The position numbers and the translations under genes were made by a program. From the NCBI GenBank assembly GCA_002415345.1, contig DHXV01000001.1, positions 332,517-396,516 on the forward strand: a stretch of DNA of 64,000 bases. The letters run 5' to 3'. Below are positions 18,870 through 28,214 of the stretch, one piece after another. The first letter of the stretch is position 1, and the number at the start of each line of letters is the position of its first letter. Origin of the DNA: Patescibacteria group bacterium UBA5147 (GTDB lineage: Bacteria > Patescibacteriota > Saccharimonadia > UBA4664). The notes below the pieces were generated by a model. It saw nothing but the letters and a program-made list of their open reading frames with translations. It searched no databases and was not told the DNA's origin.

Positions 18870-18955
18870 TGGCGGAGGGGGTGGGATTCGAACCCACGGA
18901 GCTTTCGCTCGCCGGTTTTCAAGACCGGAGCACTCGGCCACTATGCGACCCCTCC
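18870..18955 (-). tRNA. tRNA-Ser (anticodon TGA), long variable arm.
   Basis: Reverse complement reads GGAGGGGTCGCATAGTGG...CTTGAAA...GGTTCGAATCCCACCCCCTCCGCCA. Confidence 0.8.
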
Positions 18956-19074
18956 GTGCCAACCTATTGTAGTTACCTGGCCGATATTTTCAATCCTGTT
19001 CTTACCCAACCATAACCATTGTATTGTACAATCGCTGCGCTATCGGCCATAATGAGAGCGAATAAGGACTACTC

Positions 19075-19692
19075 ATGGACGATTCCAACGTCTCCCCTAC
19101 CCAGCCTAAAGATCAGCAAGATACGGCTTCCTCGGACAACGAAGCGGCAGCCGAAGTTTTAGAGGCGCCTAAGGACGGGGCCGCCGAGGAGGTGGAGAAC
19201 CAGCAGCCTGAGCTCCAGGAGCAGGAGCAAGAGCCGGAGCCGGATTTCACCTGGCAGGCCAGCGAGTACGTCCATCATCATAAGGGAGCCGGTTGGTATG
19301 CCAGCCTGGCAGGAATTATCGCCCTGTTAATAATCGTTGCCGTGTTCTATAAATCATGGGTCAGCATAGGTGTTTTTCTAGCCATGGGTGCGGCCATTGC
19401 CGTATACGCGCAGAAGCCGCCGCGGGTTCTGACCTACGAATTGGATTCCCAAAGCGTGACGATTGAAGGTAAGGCGTACCCGTACAAGAACTTCCGTTCG
19501 TTCGGCGTCATCAGCGACATCGAATGGCACACCATCGACCTTGAACCAACCCAGCGCTTCATGCCCCGCCTGACGGTTCTGTTCAGTGATGAAGATTTTG
19601 ACTCAATTGTGGATCACATGTCGCTCCATCTCCCCCGCGCCGACCGCCAGCCGGACGTGATTGAGCGGCTCACCCGCTATTTACGCTTTTAG
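19075..19692 (+). CDS. Hypothetical membrane protein with an acidic N-terminus (E/Q/D-rich), two TM helices and a C-terminal domain.
   Basis: 205-aa ORF with a single coding frame and hydrophobic segments AGIIALLIIVAVFY / IGVFLAMGAAIAVYA. Confidence 0.5.
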   Translation: MDDSNVSPTQPKDQQDTASSDNEAAAEVLEAPKDGAAEEVENQQPELQEQEQEPEPDFTWQASEYVHHHKGAGWYASLAGIIALLIIVAVFYKSWVSIGVFLAMGAAIAVYAQKPPRVLTYELDSQSVTIEGKAYPYKNFRSFGVISDIEWHTIDLEPTQRFMPRLTVLFSDEDFDSIVDHMSLHLPRADRQPDVIERLTRYLRF

Positions 19693-19744
19693 CCGCCCGG
19701 GCTCTTCACGCACAGCCTCAAATATGCTATCTTCATTAGGTCGT

Positions 19745-19820
19745 GCGCCTGTAGCTCAGTGGATAGAGCATCGCCTTGCGGTGGCGGGGGTCGCAGGTTC
19801 GAGTCTTGCCAGGCGCACCA
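19745..19820 (+). tRNA. tRNA-Arg (anticodon read as GCG; verify).
   Basis: 76-nt cloverleaf GCGCCTGTAGCTCAGTGGATAGAGC...TTGCGGT...GGTTCGAGTC...CACCA. Confidence 0.7.
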
Positions 19821-19919
19821 AAGAAATTACCTCACTAACGTGGGGTTATTTCTTTTTTATGCTAAGTTGTATTGGTTGATAAGCCTTTTCATATCGAAAT
19901 AACTTATGCTTACATATCC

Positions 19920-20009
19920 GGAGAGGTCGCATAGTGGACTAGTGCGCCGCACTCGAAATGCGGTGAGGCCGCAAGGCTTCCGAGAGTTCGAATCTCTCCC
20001 TCTCCGCCA
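19920..20009 (+). tRNA. tRNA-Ser (anticodon CGA), long variable arm.
   Basis: GGAGAGGTCGCATAGTGG...CTCGAAA...GTTCGAATCTCTCCCTCTCCGCCA. Confidence 0.8.
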
Positions 20010-20012
20010 AAG

Positions 20013-20043
20013 AAAAACCCCACGATTTGTGGGGTTTTTCTTT
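20013..20043 (+). terminator. Rho-independent terminator (AAACCCCACGATTTGTGGGGTTTTTCTTT).
   Basis: 7-bp G/C-rich stem plus T-run directly after the tRNA. Confidence 0.8.
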
Positions 20044-20203
20044 GGCGATGCCCGGAACGATATTCCGAACGGAGTTCGGGTGACGAACACTAGGCAGCTT
20101 AAGGCAAGTAACACGTGAGGAACGTGGCAAAGCCACAATATCTCCCTCGCCGCAGGCCAACAATCCCCTGCCTTACTTGCTCAATCTTTCGCCATGAAAA
20201 CGC

Positions 20204-21034
20204 TTATGGTCGACCGGAATCAAGTCGATTGAGCAGCTTTTGCTCCGCATCCGCCGCCGCATAGTCTTTCTGCGCCCGAAGCACGGCAATCAGCTCAGTT
20301 CGGGCAGCCGTTGCGGCCGGATCAAGCGCAATTGCCTCGCGGTACAACTTTGCGAGCGCCGGCAGGTCGGCGGCTCGTCCGTCGGCCTTAATGAGGCTGG
20401 CCAGCAATAAATTCCGCGGAACGCTGACCTCGGACCGTTTCAGGATACTTCTTGAGCTTACTAGAAGCCCTGTGGCCCGCAGCTCAACGGCTAACGTCAG
20501 TTTGGACCCACCGGCCCTCAGAACGCCTTGGATGGCCTGTGGTGAGGTTACACGGGCCTTTAAACCCTCAATCCGCTCAGGCTTCCCCGCTACCCCGTAG
20601 GCCAAGGATGATAAAACCAAATCAGCGTCGGGCGCGCCAGCAGCAGATAATCGGTCGGCGGCGGCTATGGCGTTTCCGATATCCCCGGCTTCCAGTGCGG
20701 CCTTGACCCTTACCCGGTCGGCTCCCCTCTCCTGCCCCGCGTTATTCAGGGTCTTCAGGGCGGCGGCCGGCTCCCCTGCCACCTGCTGGGACTCCGCTAC
20801 CGAGAGTGCTGCGACCTGATTGCCGTGATTCAAAAGGTAGGCCAGCTTGAAGTCCAGACGGGCCTCTTCCCCGTTGGCGCGATTCCCTGCCATGCTCAAG
20901 TTCGTCGACTGCTCGCGGGCGTATGACAAGACCGCCGGCCAGGCAGAGGCTGCGAGGCCGGCGGTGAGCACGATAATGAGGCTGGCGGCGGCCAGGAAAC
21001 TACGGTTTTGGGCTGAAGGCTGCAAGTTGCTCAT
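20204..21034 (-). CDS. Membrane-anchored TPR-repeat protein.
   Basis: N-terminal TM (FLAAASLIIVLTAGLAASAW), then Ala/Leu-rich repeats with TPR-like spacing. Overlaps valS by 35 nt. Confidence 0.5.
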   Translation of the reverse strand: MSNLQPSAQNRSFLAAASLIIVLTAGLAASAWPAVLSYAREQSTNLSMAGNRANGEEARLDFKLAYLLNHGNQVAALSVAESQQVAGEPAAALKTLNNAGQERGADRVRVKAALEAGDIGNAIAAADRLSAAGAPDADLVLSSLAYGVAGKPERIEGLKARVTSPQAIQGVLRAGGSKLTLAVELRATGLLVSSRSILKRSEVSVPRNLLLASLIKADGRAADLPALAKLYREAIALDPAATAARTELIAVLRAQKDYAAADAEQKLLNRLDSGRP

Positions 21035-23570
21035 CTAGCTTTGATAGTAGCATGACGGTTTCCTCCCGGCGATCTTTGGTTTCCTGGACGACAGCCGGCG
21101 GGGCGCTCTGCAAGTAGCGGGCGTTGGCGAGCTTGGCGTCGAGGCTCGTCAGATAACTTCCCTGCTCGGTTTTTTGCTTGGTCAGACGCTCGACGATAGC
21201 GGCCTGCGTCCTGGGGTCGACCTCGATCCAGGCCTTGGATTCCGAGCTTTTGATCAGCAGACCTAGCGAGGCGGGATCAAGCTTGAGCTCCGCTTGGCGC
21301 ACCAGCCCGGCGATCACTTCCCCGTTCTCGTGCCACATAGAGCCTCCGGCATGGGCCAGGATGATCTTGTCCAGGCCAAGGTTGGCACGCGTCGCCCTGA
21401 TTTCGTTAACGATGGCCATGACTGCCTCGAATTCGTGCGGCGAATGGTGGTCGGAGGCGATAAGTGTTCGCATTTTGTTCGCATCAGGCCACTCAGTGAC
21501 AATCAGCTGGTCAGTCTGCCAGGGGAGGTGCTCCCAGATCGCCTCGGTCACGAAGGGGGCTATCGGGTGGGCGAGCTTAAGGATGGTGCCAAGGCCGAAG
21601 ACCAGCATGTCGTGGTTGACCTCAACCTTGGAAGCTTCCAGATACCAGTCGGCAAAATCGTCCCACAGCAGGGTATAGATGGCCTGGCCGGCATCGCTGA
21701 AACGGTAGTTTTCGATATCATCGGTGATGTCGCGGGTGGCGCTGATGATCTGCTCCGCGATCCAGGCGTCGGCCGTAGTGACAGCGGCAGGGACGGCGGG
21801 GGAGTAGCCGTCGGGCAGCTGGCCCAAGATAAACCGGGCGACGTTCCAGAGCTTGTTGCAGAAATTGCGGTAACCCTCGATTTTGGCCTCAGAGAGGGAA
21901 CCGTCGTTGCCGGGCGTGATGCCGATGGTGAGCGCCAGCCGGAGGGCGTCGGTGCCGTACTTGTCGGTCATTTCCAGCGGGTTCATTCCGTTGCCCTTGG
22001 ATTTGGACATCTTCTTGCCGTGTTCGTCGTTGATGAGGCCGTGCAGGTACACGGTGCTGAAGGGAACTTTGCCGGTGCGGTAGAGGCCGAACATGGCCAT
22101 TTTGGTGACCCATTTGGTGAGGATGTCCCGTCCCGTCTCCATGACGCTGGTGGGGTAGAACTGCTCGGCATCTCCCGTAGCCTGCAGCGTGGCGTACGGC
22201 CATTGGCCGCTGGAGTACCAGGTGTCGAAGACGTCGGTTTCGGCGCGGTAATTGCCCTTGCCGTAGTACTCCGCAGCCTCGTTCTCGTCGTCCGTCACCA
22301 GATAAGGCTCCTTGGCAGGGTCGTTCGAGGTTTTGTAGTAGACGGGGATGCGGATACCGAACCAGTTTTGGCGGCTGATGTTCCAGTCGTACTCGTTTTT
22401 GATCCAGTCGAGGGAGATTTTCCTGAAACGCTCGGGCACGAGAGTGATGGCGCCGCTTTGGATCGCCTCGGTTACTTTGGCGTTGGGGGCGGCGACTCGC
22501 ATATACCATTGCTCGGTGATGAGGGGCTCGATGACGGTGCCGCAGCGGTCGTGCGTGCCGACGCTGTGCTCGATGGGGGCGCTGGAAACGAGCTTGCCGG
22601 CGGCTTCCAAGGCCGCGACCACGAGCTTGCGGCCGGCTTCAACCGTTAAGCCCGCGAACTCGTCCGGCACGTTTATGAGCTTGCCGTCCAGATCGACCAC
22701 GGTGATTTCGGGCAGATCGTGGCGCTTGCCGATTTCGTAGTCGTTCTTGTCGTGGGCCGGGGTCACTTTGAGGGCGCCGGTGCCGAAGTCTGTGGCCACG
22801 TGGCTGTCGGCGATTATGCCGATAGGACGGTTAACCAGGGGAATGATGGCGGTTTGGCCGATTAAGCCGGCGTAACGGTCGTCGTCCGGGTTCACGGCTA
22901 CGGCCGCGTCGGCGAAAATGGTTTCGGGGCGGGTAGTGGCGATTTTAACGGTGCCGTAATCGAGCGTGTAGATGGTGTCGGTACGGTCGACGAACCTGAC
23001 CTCGATGTCGGCGAAGCTGGACTGGCAGCTGGTGCACCAGTTGACGATGCGGTTGCCGCGGTAAATGAGGCCGTCGGCGTGCATCTGCTTGAAAGTGGCG
23101 TAGACGGTGGCGACGATGTCGCGGTCCAGAGTGAACTTGAGGCGGCTCCAATCGGCGGAGAAACCAAGGCTGCGCAGCTGGGCGACGATGTTGGGCTGGT
23201 TGGCCAGGGTGAAGTTGAGCGCGGCATCATAGAAGGCTTCGCGCCCCAGGTCATAGCGGCTTTTGCCGGTTTTCGCGAGCTCGCGCTCGTACATGACCTG
23301 GGTTTCGATGCCCGCGTGGTCGGTGCCGGGAAGCCAGAGTGTTTTGTGGCCCTGCATGCGGCGGTACCGCACCATGATGTCCTCGATGACGAACATGGCG
23401 TGGCCCAGGTGGAGGTCGCCGTTGGCATTGGGCGGCGGCATGATGATGGTGAAGGGATCCTTGGGCGCGGCCATGTTAGGCTGAAACGCGCCTGATTCCT
23501 CCCATCGTTCATAGATGGAGGGTTCATATTTCTTGGGGTCGTAAGCTTTATCAAGCTCAAAGCTGCTCAT
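21000..23570 (-). CDS. valS: Valine--tRNA ligase.
   Basis: HIGH motif (PPPNANGDLHLGHA), KMSKS, and N-terminus KKYEPSIYERWEE typical of ValRS. 856 aa. Confidence 0.9.
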   Translation of the reverse strand: MSSFELDKAYDPKKYEPSIYERWEESGAFQPNMAAPKDPFTIIMPPPNANGDLHLGHAMFVIEDIMVRYRRMQGHKTLWLPGTDHAGIETQVMYERELAKTGKSRYDLGREAFYDAALNFTLANQPNIVAQLRSLGFSADWSRLKFTLDRDIVATVYATFKQMHADGLIYRGNRIVNWCTSCQSSFADIEVRFVDRTDTIYTLDYGTVKIATTRPETIFADAAVAVNPDDDRYAGLIGQTAIIPLVNRPIGIIADSHVATDFGTGALKVTPAHDKNDYEIGKRHDLPEITVVDLDGKLINVPDEFAGLTVEAGRKLVVAALEAAGKLVSSAPIEHSVGTHDRCGTVIEPLITEQWYMRVAAPNAKVTEAIQSGAITLVPERFRKISLDWIKNEYDWNISRQNWFGIRIPVYYKTSNDPAKEPYLVTDDENEAAEYYGKGNYRAETDVFDTWYSSGQWPYATLQATGDAEQFYPTSVMETGRDILTKWVTKMAMFGLYRTGKVPFSTVYLHGLINDEHGKKMSKSKGNGMNPLEMTDKYGTDALRLALTIGITPGNDGSLSEAKIEGYRNFCNKLWNVARFILGQLPDGYSPAVPAAVTTADAWIAEQIISATRDITDDIENYRFSDAGQAIYTLLWDDFADWYLEASKVEVNHDMLVFGLGTILKLAHPIAPFVTEAIWEHLPWQTDQLIVTEWPDANKMRTLIASDHHSPHEFEAVMAIVNEIRATRANLGLDKIILAHAGGSMWHENGEVIAGLVRQAELKLDPASLGLLIKSSESKAWIEVDPRTQAAIVERLTKQKTEQGSYLTSLDAKLANARYLQSAPPAVVQETKDRREETVMLLSKLDEQLAAFSPKP

Positions 23571-23738
23571 GTGTCGTACTCCTCTGAACGTTGTCGTTAT
23601 GTGGCGAGGATCGCCGGATTGGTATGTTTAGGCTAATTGTAACGGCTTTTTGGTTTATAGGTAACGTTTGAATGGCAAATCAGGAATATGGCCCGCCGAG
23701 AGTATCGGCGGGCCATTGGAGCGAGGCGGGGTAGGGTA

Positions 23739-24053
23739 TCATGCTCTGACGACGTCGCTTTCGGAGCTGAAAGTGATCTCCGGCTTTTCCGGGTCTTTCA
23801 GATAGCGAGTGACGCAGCCAGAGATTTTTCCTAAATCGATGGTTCCGAAGATCCCCAAGGTAATGATAAGAGCACCGTCTTCTCGTTTGATGCTGCTTGG
23901 CTCTTGGGTTAAGACGCCGCTAGCATAGAGGCGTTCCTTAAGCTGTCGAGTGATGTCTTCATCGCTGATGCTTGCCTTGAGATCGTGAATAAGGATCTTG
24001 ACGGTGTCCATGGGCGTCCTTTGGCTCGGGTCGAAGGAGAGGAACTTAGCCAT
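23739..24053 (-). CDS. Hypothetical 104-aa protein.
   Basis: ORF only. A 12-bp-stem hairpin (23688-23716) lies between it and valS. Confidence 0.4.
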   Translation of the reverse strand: MAKFLSFDPSQRTPMDTVKILIHDLKASISDEDITRQLKERLYASGVLTQEPSSIKREDGALIITLGIFGTIDLGKISGCVTRYLKDPEKPEITFSSESDVVRA

Positions 24054-24089
24054 ACTACACTACATTTATCAAAAAACGCGTTAGTTTAG

Positions 24090-25121
24090 TTATCCCAGAG
24101 ACAAACTTGGATTGGTTTTCAGATCGTCGGGGACGGTGGAGCGGCCTGCCTCGGCCAAAAAGTAGCCCAGGCTGGCTATCATCGCGCCGTTGTCGGTGCA
24201 GTACTCCATGGGAGCGTACGTCATCGGTAGCGGCAATAAGCGGGAAACTTCCTCCCGCAGGCGGGAGTTGGCCGCCACGCCTCCGGCTATTACCACTGAT
24301 TTGGGCTTGAATTCGTTGAAAGCCTTGAGCAGGTTGGCCGTCAGGGTTTCGCAAGTCGTGCGCTGGAAGCTGGCCGCCATGTCGTTCTTTTGGGTGTCTG
24401 TCAGGCGGGCGGGGAGCTGGCTGGATGGCGTGCGGAAGTCGCCGCCCACCTCACGCTGCAACGTGCGCAGGACGGCGGTTTTGAGGCCGCTGAAGCTGAA
24501 ATCGTAGGTGTCGCCCATGTTGGCCCGCGGCAGGGTATAGCGTTGTTCATCGCCCAGGAGAGCGGCCCGGCCGATGCTCGGGCCGCCGGGGTAGGGGAGG
24601 CCCATCATTTTGGCGACTTTGTCGAAGGCCTCGCCGGCGGCGTCGTCGCGGGTGGCACCGAGCAGGCGGTATTCCAGCGGGCTCTCGAAATACAGCAGGT
24701 GCGAATGGCCGCCGGAGACGGAGAGGGCCAGCATCGGGAACTCCGGCTCGGGGGTGGTCAGGAAGTTGGCAAAGGTGTGCGCCACCACGTGATTGACCGC
24801 GTACAGCGGCTTGTTGCGGACGGTCGCAATAGTACGCGCCGTCAGTGTGCCGATCAGCAGGGAGCCCAGCAGCCCAGGCCCGGCGGTCACGGCAATGCCG
24901 TCGATATCGTCCCAAGTACAGCCGGCAGTGGTGAGTGCCTCGTCGATGACCGGCAAAATGACCTCAATGTGGCTGCGGGCCGCAATTTCCGGCACCACGC
25001 CGCCGTACTGGGCGTGGATATCGATTTGCGAGGCCACCACGTTCGACAGCACGCGCCGGCCGTCTTCGACGACGGCGGCCGCAGTCTCGTCGCAACTGGT
25101 TTCGATTCCGAGTATTTTCAT
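24090..25121 (-). CDS. tsaD: tRNA N6-adenosine threonylcarbamoyltransferase TsaD (Kae1/Gcp).
   Basis: MKILGIETSCDETAAAVV and the conserved HxxAH and metal-binding pattern. Confidence 0.9.
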   Translation of the reverse strand: MKILGIETSCDETAAAVVEDGRRVLSNVVASQIDIHAQYGGVVPEIAARSHIEVILPVIDEALTTAGCTWDDIDGIAVTAGPGLLGSLLIGTLTARTIATVRNKPLYAVNHVVAHTFANFLTTPEPEFPMLALSVSGGHSHLLYFESPLEYRLLGATRDDAAGEAFDKVAKMMGLPYPGGPSIGRAALLGDEQRYTLPRANMGDTYDFSFSGLKTAVLRTLQREVGGDFRTPSSQLPARLTDTQKNDMAASFQRTTCETLTANLLKAFNEFKPKSVVIAGGVAANSRLREEVSRLLPLPMTYAPMEYCTDNGAMIASLGYFLAEAGRSTVPDDLKTNPSLSLG

Positions 25122-25191
25122 GAGGCTGATTGTACCGTGCTACGGGCGGTAAGGGAATGCGTTTAAGCGAGTAGTCGGCTACAATGCGGAT

Positions 25192-26181
25192 ATGAAACTC
25201 GTCGAAATCACAGACCGCGATCGTTGGGACAAGTTCGTCACCGTTAATCCCTGGGGCCACCCGCTGCAGCTGTGGGGCTGGGGCGAGGCCAAACGCGCTA
25301 ATAACTGGACCCCTCATCGCCTGGCGTTGATGGAGGGTGATACTATCGTTGCCGGCGCGCAGGTCTTGTTGTGGCCGATTCCGCGGCTCGGTAAGAAAGT
25401 CGCCTACGTGCCGTGCGGCCCGGTAGTTGCGCCATCGGCCGCCAAGGAACTGCTCGGCGAGCTCGCCGAGTGGGCCAGGCAGCATAATGCCCTGTATCTG
25501 CGAATTGAGCCGAGTTGGAAGGACGCCGCCTTGGCCGCCGGCTGGAAGCGCTCGCCTCACGCTATTCAGCTGCGGGAAACCTACACTATCGACCTGACAA
25601 AAGACGAAGACGCCTTACTTGAGCCGATGTCCCGCAAGCACCGCCAGTATATTCGCAAAGCAGAGCGTGACGGCGTCACTGTTGAATTAAGCACCTCCGA
25701 CAACAGCCACTTGGGTGCTATGTATGACATTTACTGCGACACTGCATCCCGGGCGGGCTTCGGGATTCATGACAAGGAATATTACGACCTGCTGTTTACG
25801 GAGCTAGGAGATGGTAACTCCCTCTACACCGCACTGGTCGACGGCAAGCCGGCCGCGTTTTTATGGCTGGCCCACGCAGGAACAACCGTCTATGAGCTCT
25901 ACGGAGGCGTCACCGATGCCGGCCAGGAAGCCAAAGCCAATTATTTCCTCAAATGGACGGCTATCTTGGCGGCCAAGCGCGAGGGCTACCAAATTTATGA
26001 CTTTAACGGCCGCCTGAACGAAGGCGTGAGCCGCTTCAAGGAGGGCTTTGGTCCTACTGAGACCGACTGGATCGGGACCTGGGATTACCCTTTCAACAAT
26101 TTGGGCTACCAGTTGTGGGAACGGTTGTGGCCTATAGCCAAGCCTATTGGGCGCAAACTGATGAAGGCTGTGAAGCGCTGA
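25192..26181 (+). CDS. FemAB-family peptidoglycan interpeptide-bridge aminoacyltransferase (paralog 1).
   Basis: GNAT-like FemAB pattern and N-terminus (NPWGHPLQLWGWGEAK...VAYVPCGPV) typical of FemX/FmhB-like enzymes. Confidence 0.65.
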   Translation: MKLVEITDRDRWDKFVTVNPWGHPLQLWGWGEAKRANNWTPHRLALMEGDTIVAGAQVLLWPIPRLGKKVAYVPCGPVVAPSAAKELLGELAEWARQHNALYLRIEPSWKDAALAAGWKRSPHAIQLRETYTIDLTKDEDALLEPMSRKHRQYIRKAERDGVTVELSTSDNSHLGAMYDIYCDTASRAGFGIHDKEYYDLLFTELGDGNSLYTALVDGKPAAFLWLAHAGTTVYELYGGVTDAGQEAKANYFLKWTAILAAKREGYQIYDFNGRLNEGVSRFKEGFGPTETDWIGTWDYPFNNLGYQLWERLWPIAKPIGRKLMKAVKR

Positions 26182-26185
26182 TCGA

Positions 26186-26983
26186 CTAGATATCGAGCGT
26201 GACACTCACGGGGCAGTGATCCGAGCCCATAACGGCCGGATATATCTCGGCGGCGGTGACATGCTCGCGGAGGCTGGCTGAAACGAGGAAATAATCGATG
26301 CGCCAACCGACGTTGCGGGCTCTGGCGCCGCCGAAGTTGCTCCACCAGGTGTAGTAGCCGTTACCTTCTTTGAATAGCCGCAGCGTGTCGACGAACCCGG
26401 CGTCCAGGAAAGCTTGGAAGCCGGCGCGTTCCTCGAGGGTGAAGCCTTTTTTACCCATGTTGGGCTTGGGGTTGGCCAGGTCCAGCTCGGTGTGGGCCAC
26501 GTTGAGGTCGCCGCAGAAGACAACCGGCTTGGTCTGCTCTAATAATTTACAGTACTCCAGGAACGCCGGGTCCCAGTGGTCACGGCGCAGGGGGATGCGG
26601 CTGAGGTCCTCTTTGGCATTGGGCGTGTAGACGGTGACGACGTAGAACTGCTCGTACTCGGCGGTCAACACACGGCCCTCGGTATTGGGGTCGCCGTAGG
26701 CGTTGTCGGTCATGTCGTATTTGAGCTTTATGTCGTCAGGCAGGCCATTGATGGTGGCTATTGGTTCGGTTTTACTCAAGATGGCCGTACCCGAGTAGCC
26801 CTTTTTTTCGGCTGAGTTGACGTAGACGTGGTAGCTGTCCAGGCCGAGGTTGATTTCCTCAGGCTGGGCCTTGGTTTCCTGCAGGCACAAGATATCGGGC
26901 TGCTCGGCCTCAATAAAGGGGCTGAAAGCCTCCTTGCGCAAGACCGCGCGTATCCCGTTGACATTCCATGAGTAGATTTTCAT
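26186..26983 (-). CDS. xth: Exodeoxyribonuclease III (AP endonuclease).
   Basis: MKIYSWNVNGIRA...DILCLQETK and a C-terminal SDHCPV motif. Confidence 0.9.
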   Translation of the reverse strand: MKIYSWNVNGIRAVLRKEAFSPFIEAEQPDILCLQETKAQPEEINLGLDSYHVYVNSAEKKGYSGTAILSKTEPIATINGLPDDIKLKYDMTDNAYGDPNTEGRVLTAEYEQFYVVTVYTPNAKEDLSRIPLRRDHWDPAFLEYCKLLEQTKPVVFCGDLNVAHTELDLANPKPNMGKKGFTLEERAGFQAFLDAGFVDTLRLFKEGNGYYTWWSNFGGARARNVGWRIDYFLVSASLREHVTAAEIYPAVMGSDHCPVSVTLDI

Positions 26984-27019
26984 ATCCGTATTATATCGGG
27001 TTTACGCTACAATGAGGAC

Positions 27020-28060
27020 ATGAAAATTGCTTCGCAAGACGAAATTAACCGTTGGGACGAGCTGGTCGCGGCCAATCCTGACGGCGGCAACGCTTTGCAG
27101 ACGCTTGCCTGGGGTGACTTCAAAGGCCGCTGGGGCTGGGAGCCTCGCCGCTACGTGGCGACGGTTGGCGGGCGCCAGGTGGCAATCCAGTTTTTGGTCC
27201 GCCGCATCCCATTGTTCGGTGAGGTCTGGTACTGCCCCAAGGGGCCGGGCGTTTCCAAGCAGTCCGACTTGATCGAGCTCGTCGCCCAGATCAAGGCTGC
27301 CGGCACCGGCGCCGCGTTTGTGAAGCTTGAGCCCGAAGTGCTGGAATCGTCGGTCGACCGGAAAAAGATGACTGCCGCTGGTCTGGTCAAGGGCGCCCGC
27401 GACCTGCAGTCCAAATCCACGATATTCATCGACCTGACATCGGGCGAAGAAGGCGTGCTCGCCAGCTTCAACCAGAGCGCCCGACGTAATATCCGCAAAG
27501 CCGAAGCCGGCGGCGTCCAGGTAGAGCCGGTCGAAGCTACCGCTGCCAACCTGGAAACCATGTTCCAGCTTATGAAAGCCACCGAGGCCCGCGCCGATTA
27601 CGGCCTGCGGCCGGCCGCCTATTTCAAGGACTACTGGAAGAGCCAGATCGATGCTGGCCAGGGCCAGCTGTTGTTCGCGACCCACGAGGGCGACGTCTTA
27701 GCCGGATTGTTCGTCACCTTCATTGGTACGCGCGCCTGGTATAAGGATGGTGGTTCTTTTGCAATTAAACGCGAGCTCCAGCCGAGTTACGCCATGCAGT
27801 GGGTAACTATGCGCTGGCTGATGCAGTGCGGAATTACGAGCTACGATACGGTGGGCGTGCCTAATCCGGATGAAATCGGCATCGGTAACGCACGCCAGGG
27901 CCTGTACGATTTCAAATCTAAGTTTAATCCGGAAATTACCGAGTTTATTGGCTGCTGGGATGTGCCAATCGATGCGCGCAAGTACGGCCTGTGGCTCAGA
28001 ATCGGCGAGCGCGCCGCCAGTAAGCTTGCCAATCGGTCGCCGGAAAAGTTCTTATATTAA
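27020..28060 (+). CDS. FemAB-family aminoacyltransferase (paralog 2).
   Basis: Paralogous to 25192-26181 (QTLAWGDFKGRWGWEPRR...VWYCPKGPGV). Confidence 0.65.
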   Translation: MKIASQDEINRWDELVAANPDGGNALQTLAWGDFKGRWGWEPRRYVATVGGRQVAIQFLVRRIPLFGEVWYCPKGPGVSKQSDLIELVAQIKAAGTGAAFVKLEPEVLESSVDRKKMTAAGLVKGARDLQSKSTIFIDLTSGEEGVLASFNQSARRNIRKAEAGGVQVEPVEATAANLETMFQLMKATEARADYGLRPAAYFKDYWKSQIDAGQGQLLFATHEGDVLAGLFVTFIGTRAWYKDGGSFAIKRELQPSYAMQWVTMRWLMQCGITSYDTVGVPNPDEIGIGNARQGLYDFKSKFNPEITEFIGCWDVPIDARKYGLWLRIGERAASKLANRSPEKFLY

Positions 28061-28115
28061 CAAACGCGGCAGTCAATAGTAGCTGACCGTAAACAAGGTT
28101 GTTCTAATATTGGAT

Positions 28116-28168
28116 TATAGTCCATTGGACTATAACTAATGCCCTTTTTTATACTCCGCTTGACTATA
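28116..28168. promoter_or_regulatory. 53-bp double-palindrome operator module, copy A (TATAGTCCATTGGACTATA-N15-degenerate repeat TATACTCCGCTTGACTATA), upstream of the MurE-like gene.
   Basis: Same 19+15+19 architecture as the modules at 41619-41671 and 60209-60261. Confidence 0.55.
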
Positions 28169-28214
28169 ATCCGCCGTATTAGCTGTCGCCTGGATTGTTC
28201 TTAACTGCTAGCCC

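Noticed and set aside
18850-18897. Track start (Met1) of the CHAT-domain ORF.
   Set aside because: It overlaps the tRNA-Ser(TGA) gene at 18870-18955; the internal Met at 18849 was chosen.
20044-20160. Considered a bona fide 5S rRNA gene.
   Set aside because: Only the 5' half resembles 5S; loop E/helix V signatures are absent and the length is too short. Kept only as a low-interest finding.
21294-22649. 451-aa plus-strand ORF (and many other 60-250-aa ORFs such as 1987-2706, 3214-3810, 24390-25166, 27002-27685, 47309-48007, 51134-52195, 60846-61400).
   Set aside because: All lie antisense or out of frame inside well-supported genes (valS, virB4, tsaD, femAB, PHP, rpoD, rpsT) and encode Ala/Arg/Gly-rich low-complexity products typical of shadow ORFs in GC-rich DNA.
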